From an uncultured Planctomycetaceae bacterium (GTDB lineage Bacteria; Planctomycetota; Planctomycetia; Planctomycetales; Planctomycetaceae), in assembly GCA_963815195.1 (NCBI GenBank), contig CAWFGE010000012.1, forward strand, positions 32,001 to 96,000: a stretch of DNA of 64,000 bases, given 5' to 3'. The notes beneath the pieces are model-generated. The model was not told the origin of the DNA. It saw only the letters and a list, made by a program, of their open reading frames with translations, and did no database searches. Positions 63,923 through 64,000 of this stretch are shown in pieces. The translations under genes and the position numbers were made by a program. The number at the start of each line of letters is the position of its first letter. Position 1 is the stretch's first letter.

Positions 63923-64000
63923 ACCGACGAATCACCGCGAACGCAAAATTGGTATTGGAAGAATAAAACCACGAATCACACGAATGAAAACCGGAGCTTG

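Noticed and set aside
63968..63990. ACCACGAATCACACGAAT short repeat at the window end
   Set aside because: Too short and truncated to support a call

Overview
GC-rich bacterial DNA, most likely from a planctomycete (inferred from DUF1598/DUF3467-type genes, a HEAT-hydrolase fusion and several REP-like palindrome families). Layout: (1) 1-21.7 kb, mixed housekeeping and envelope genes: cytochrome c peroxidase 3' end, secreted beta-propeller protein, AI-2E, ABC ATPase, LysM L,D-transpeptidase, MFS, HEAT-esterase, G8 protein, GT4, der, DUF1598, queD, DUF3467 and fcl. (2) 22.1-37.0 kb, an alpha-glucan/trehalose cluster glgE-treS/mak-malQ-treZ-glgX-treY, then DUF4396. (3) 38.2-51.3 kb, an alternative complex III (actABCDEFG)-SCO-caa3 (A2-type) oxidase operon, followed by a hemQ/chdC-like gene. 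(4) 52.8-61.3 kb on the minus strand, an ExbB plus three ExbD motor cluster with no TonB in the window, a secreted TPR protein and a ~1500-aa C-terminally anchored helical-repeat protein. (5) A polyprenol-kinase-like gene and an ABC ATPase. About 12 single-base frameshifts in 8 genes look like long-read indel errors. Most notable: a 434-bp MITE (25-bp TIRs, 9-bp TSD) inserted into a REP doublet and itself carrying REP-like palindromes; an unannotated promoter-9-codon ORF-hairpin-terminator unit upstream of queD; and the ExbBD/TPR cluster. No rRNA, tRNA or CRISPR array seen. Family assignments come from motif recognition, not database searches.
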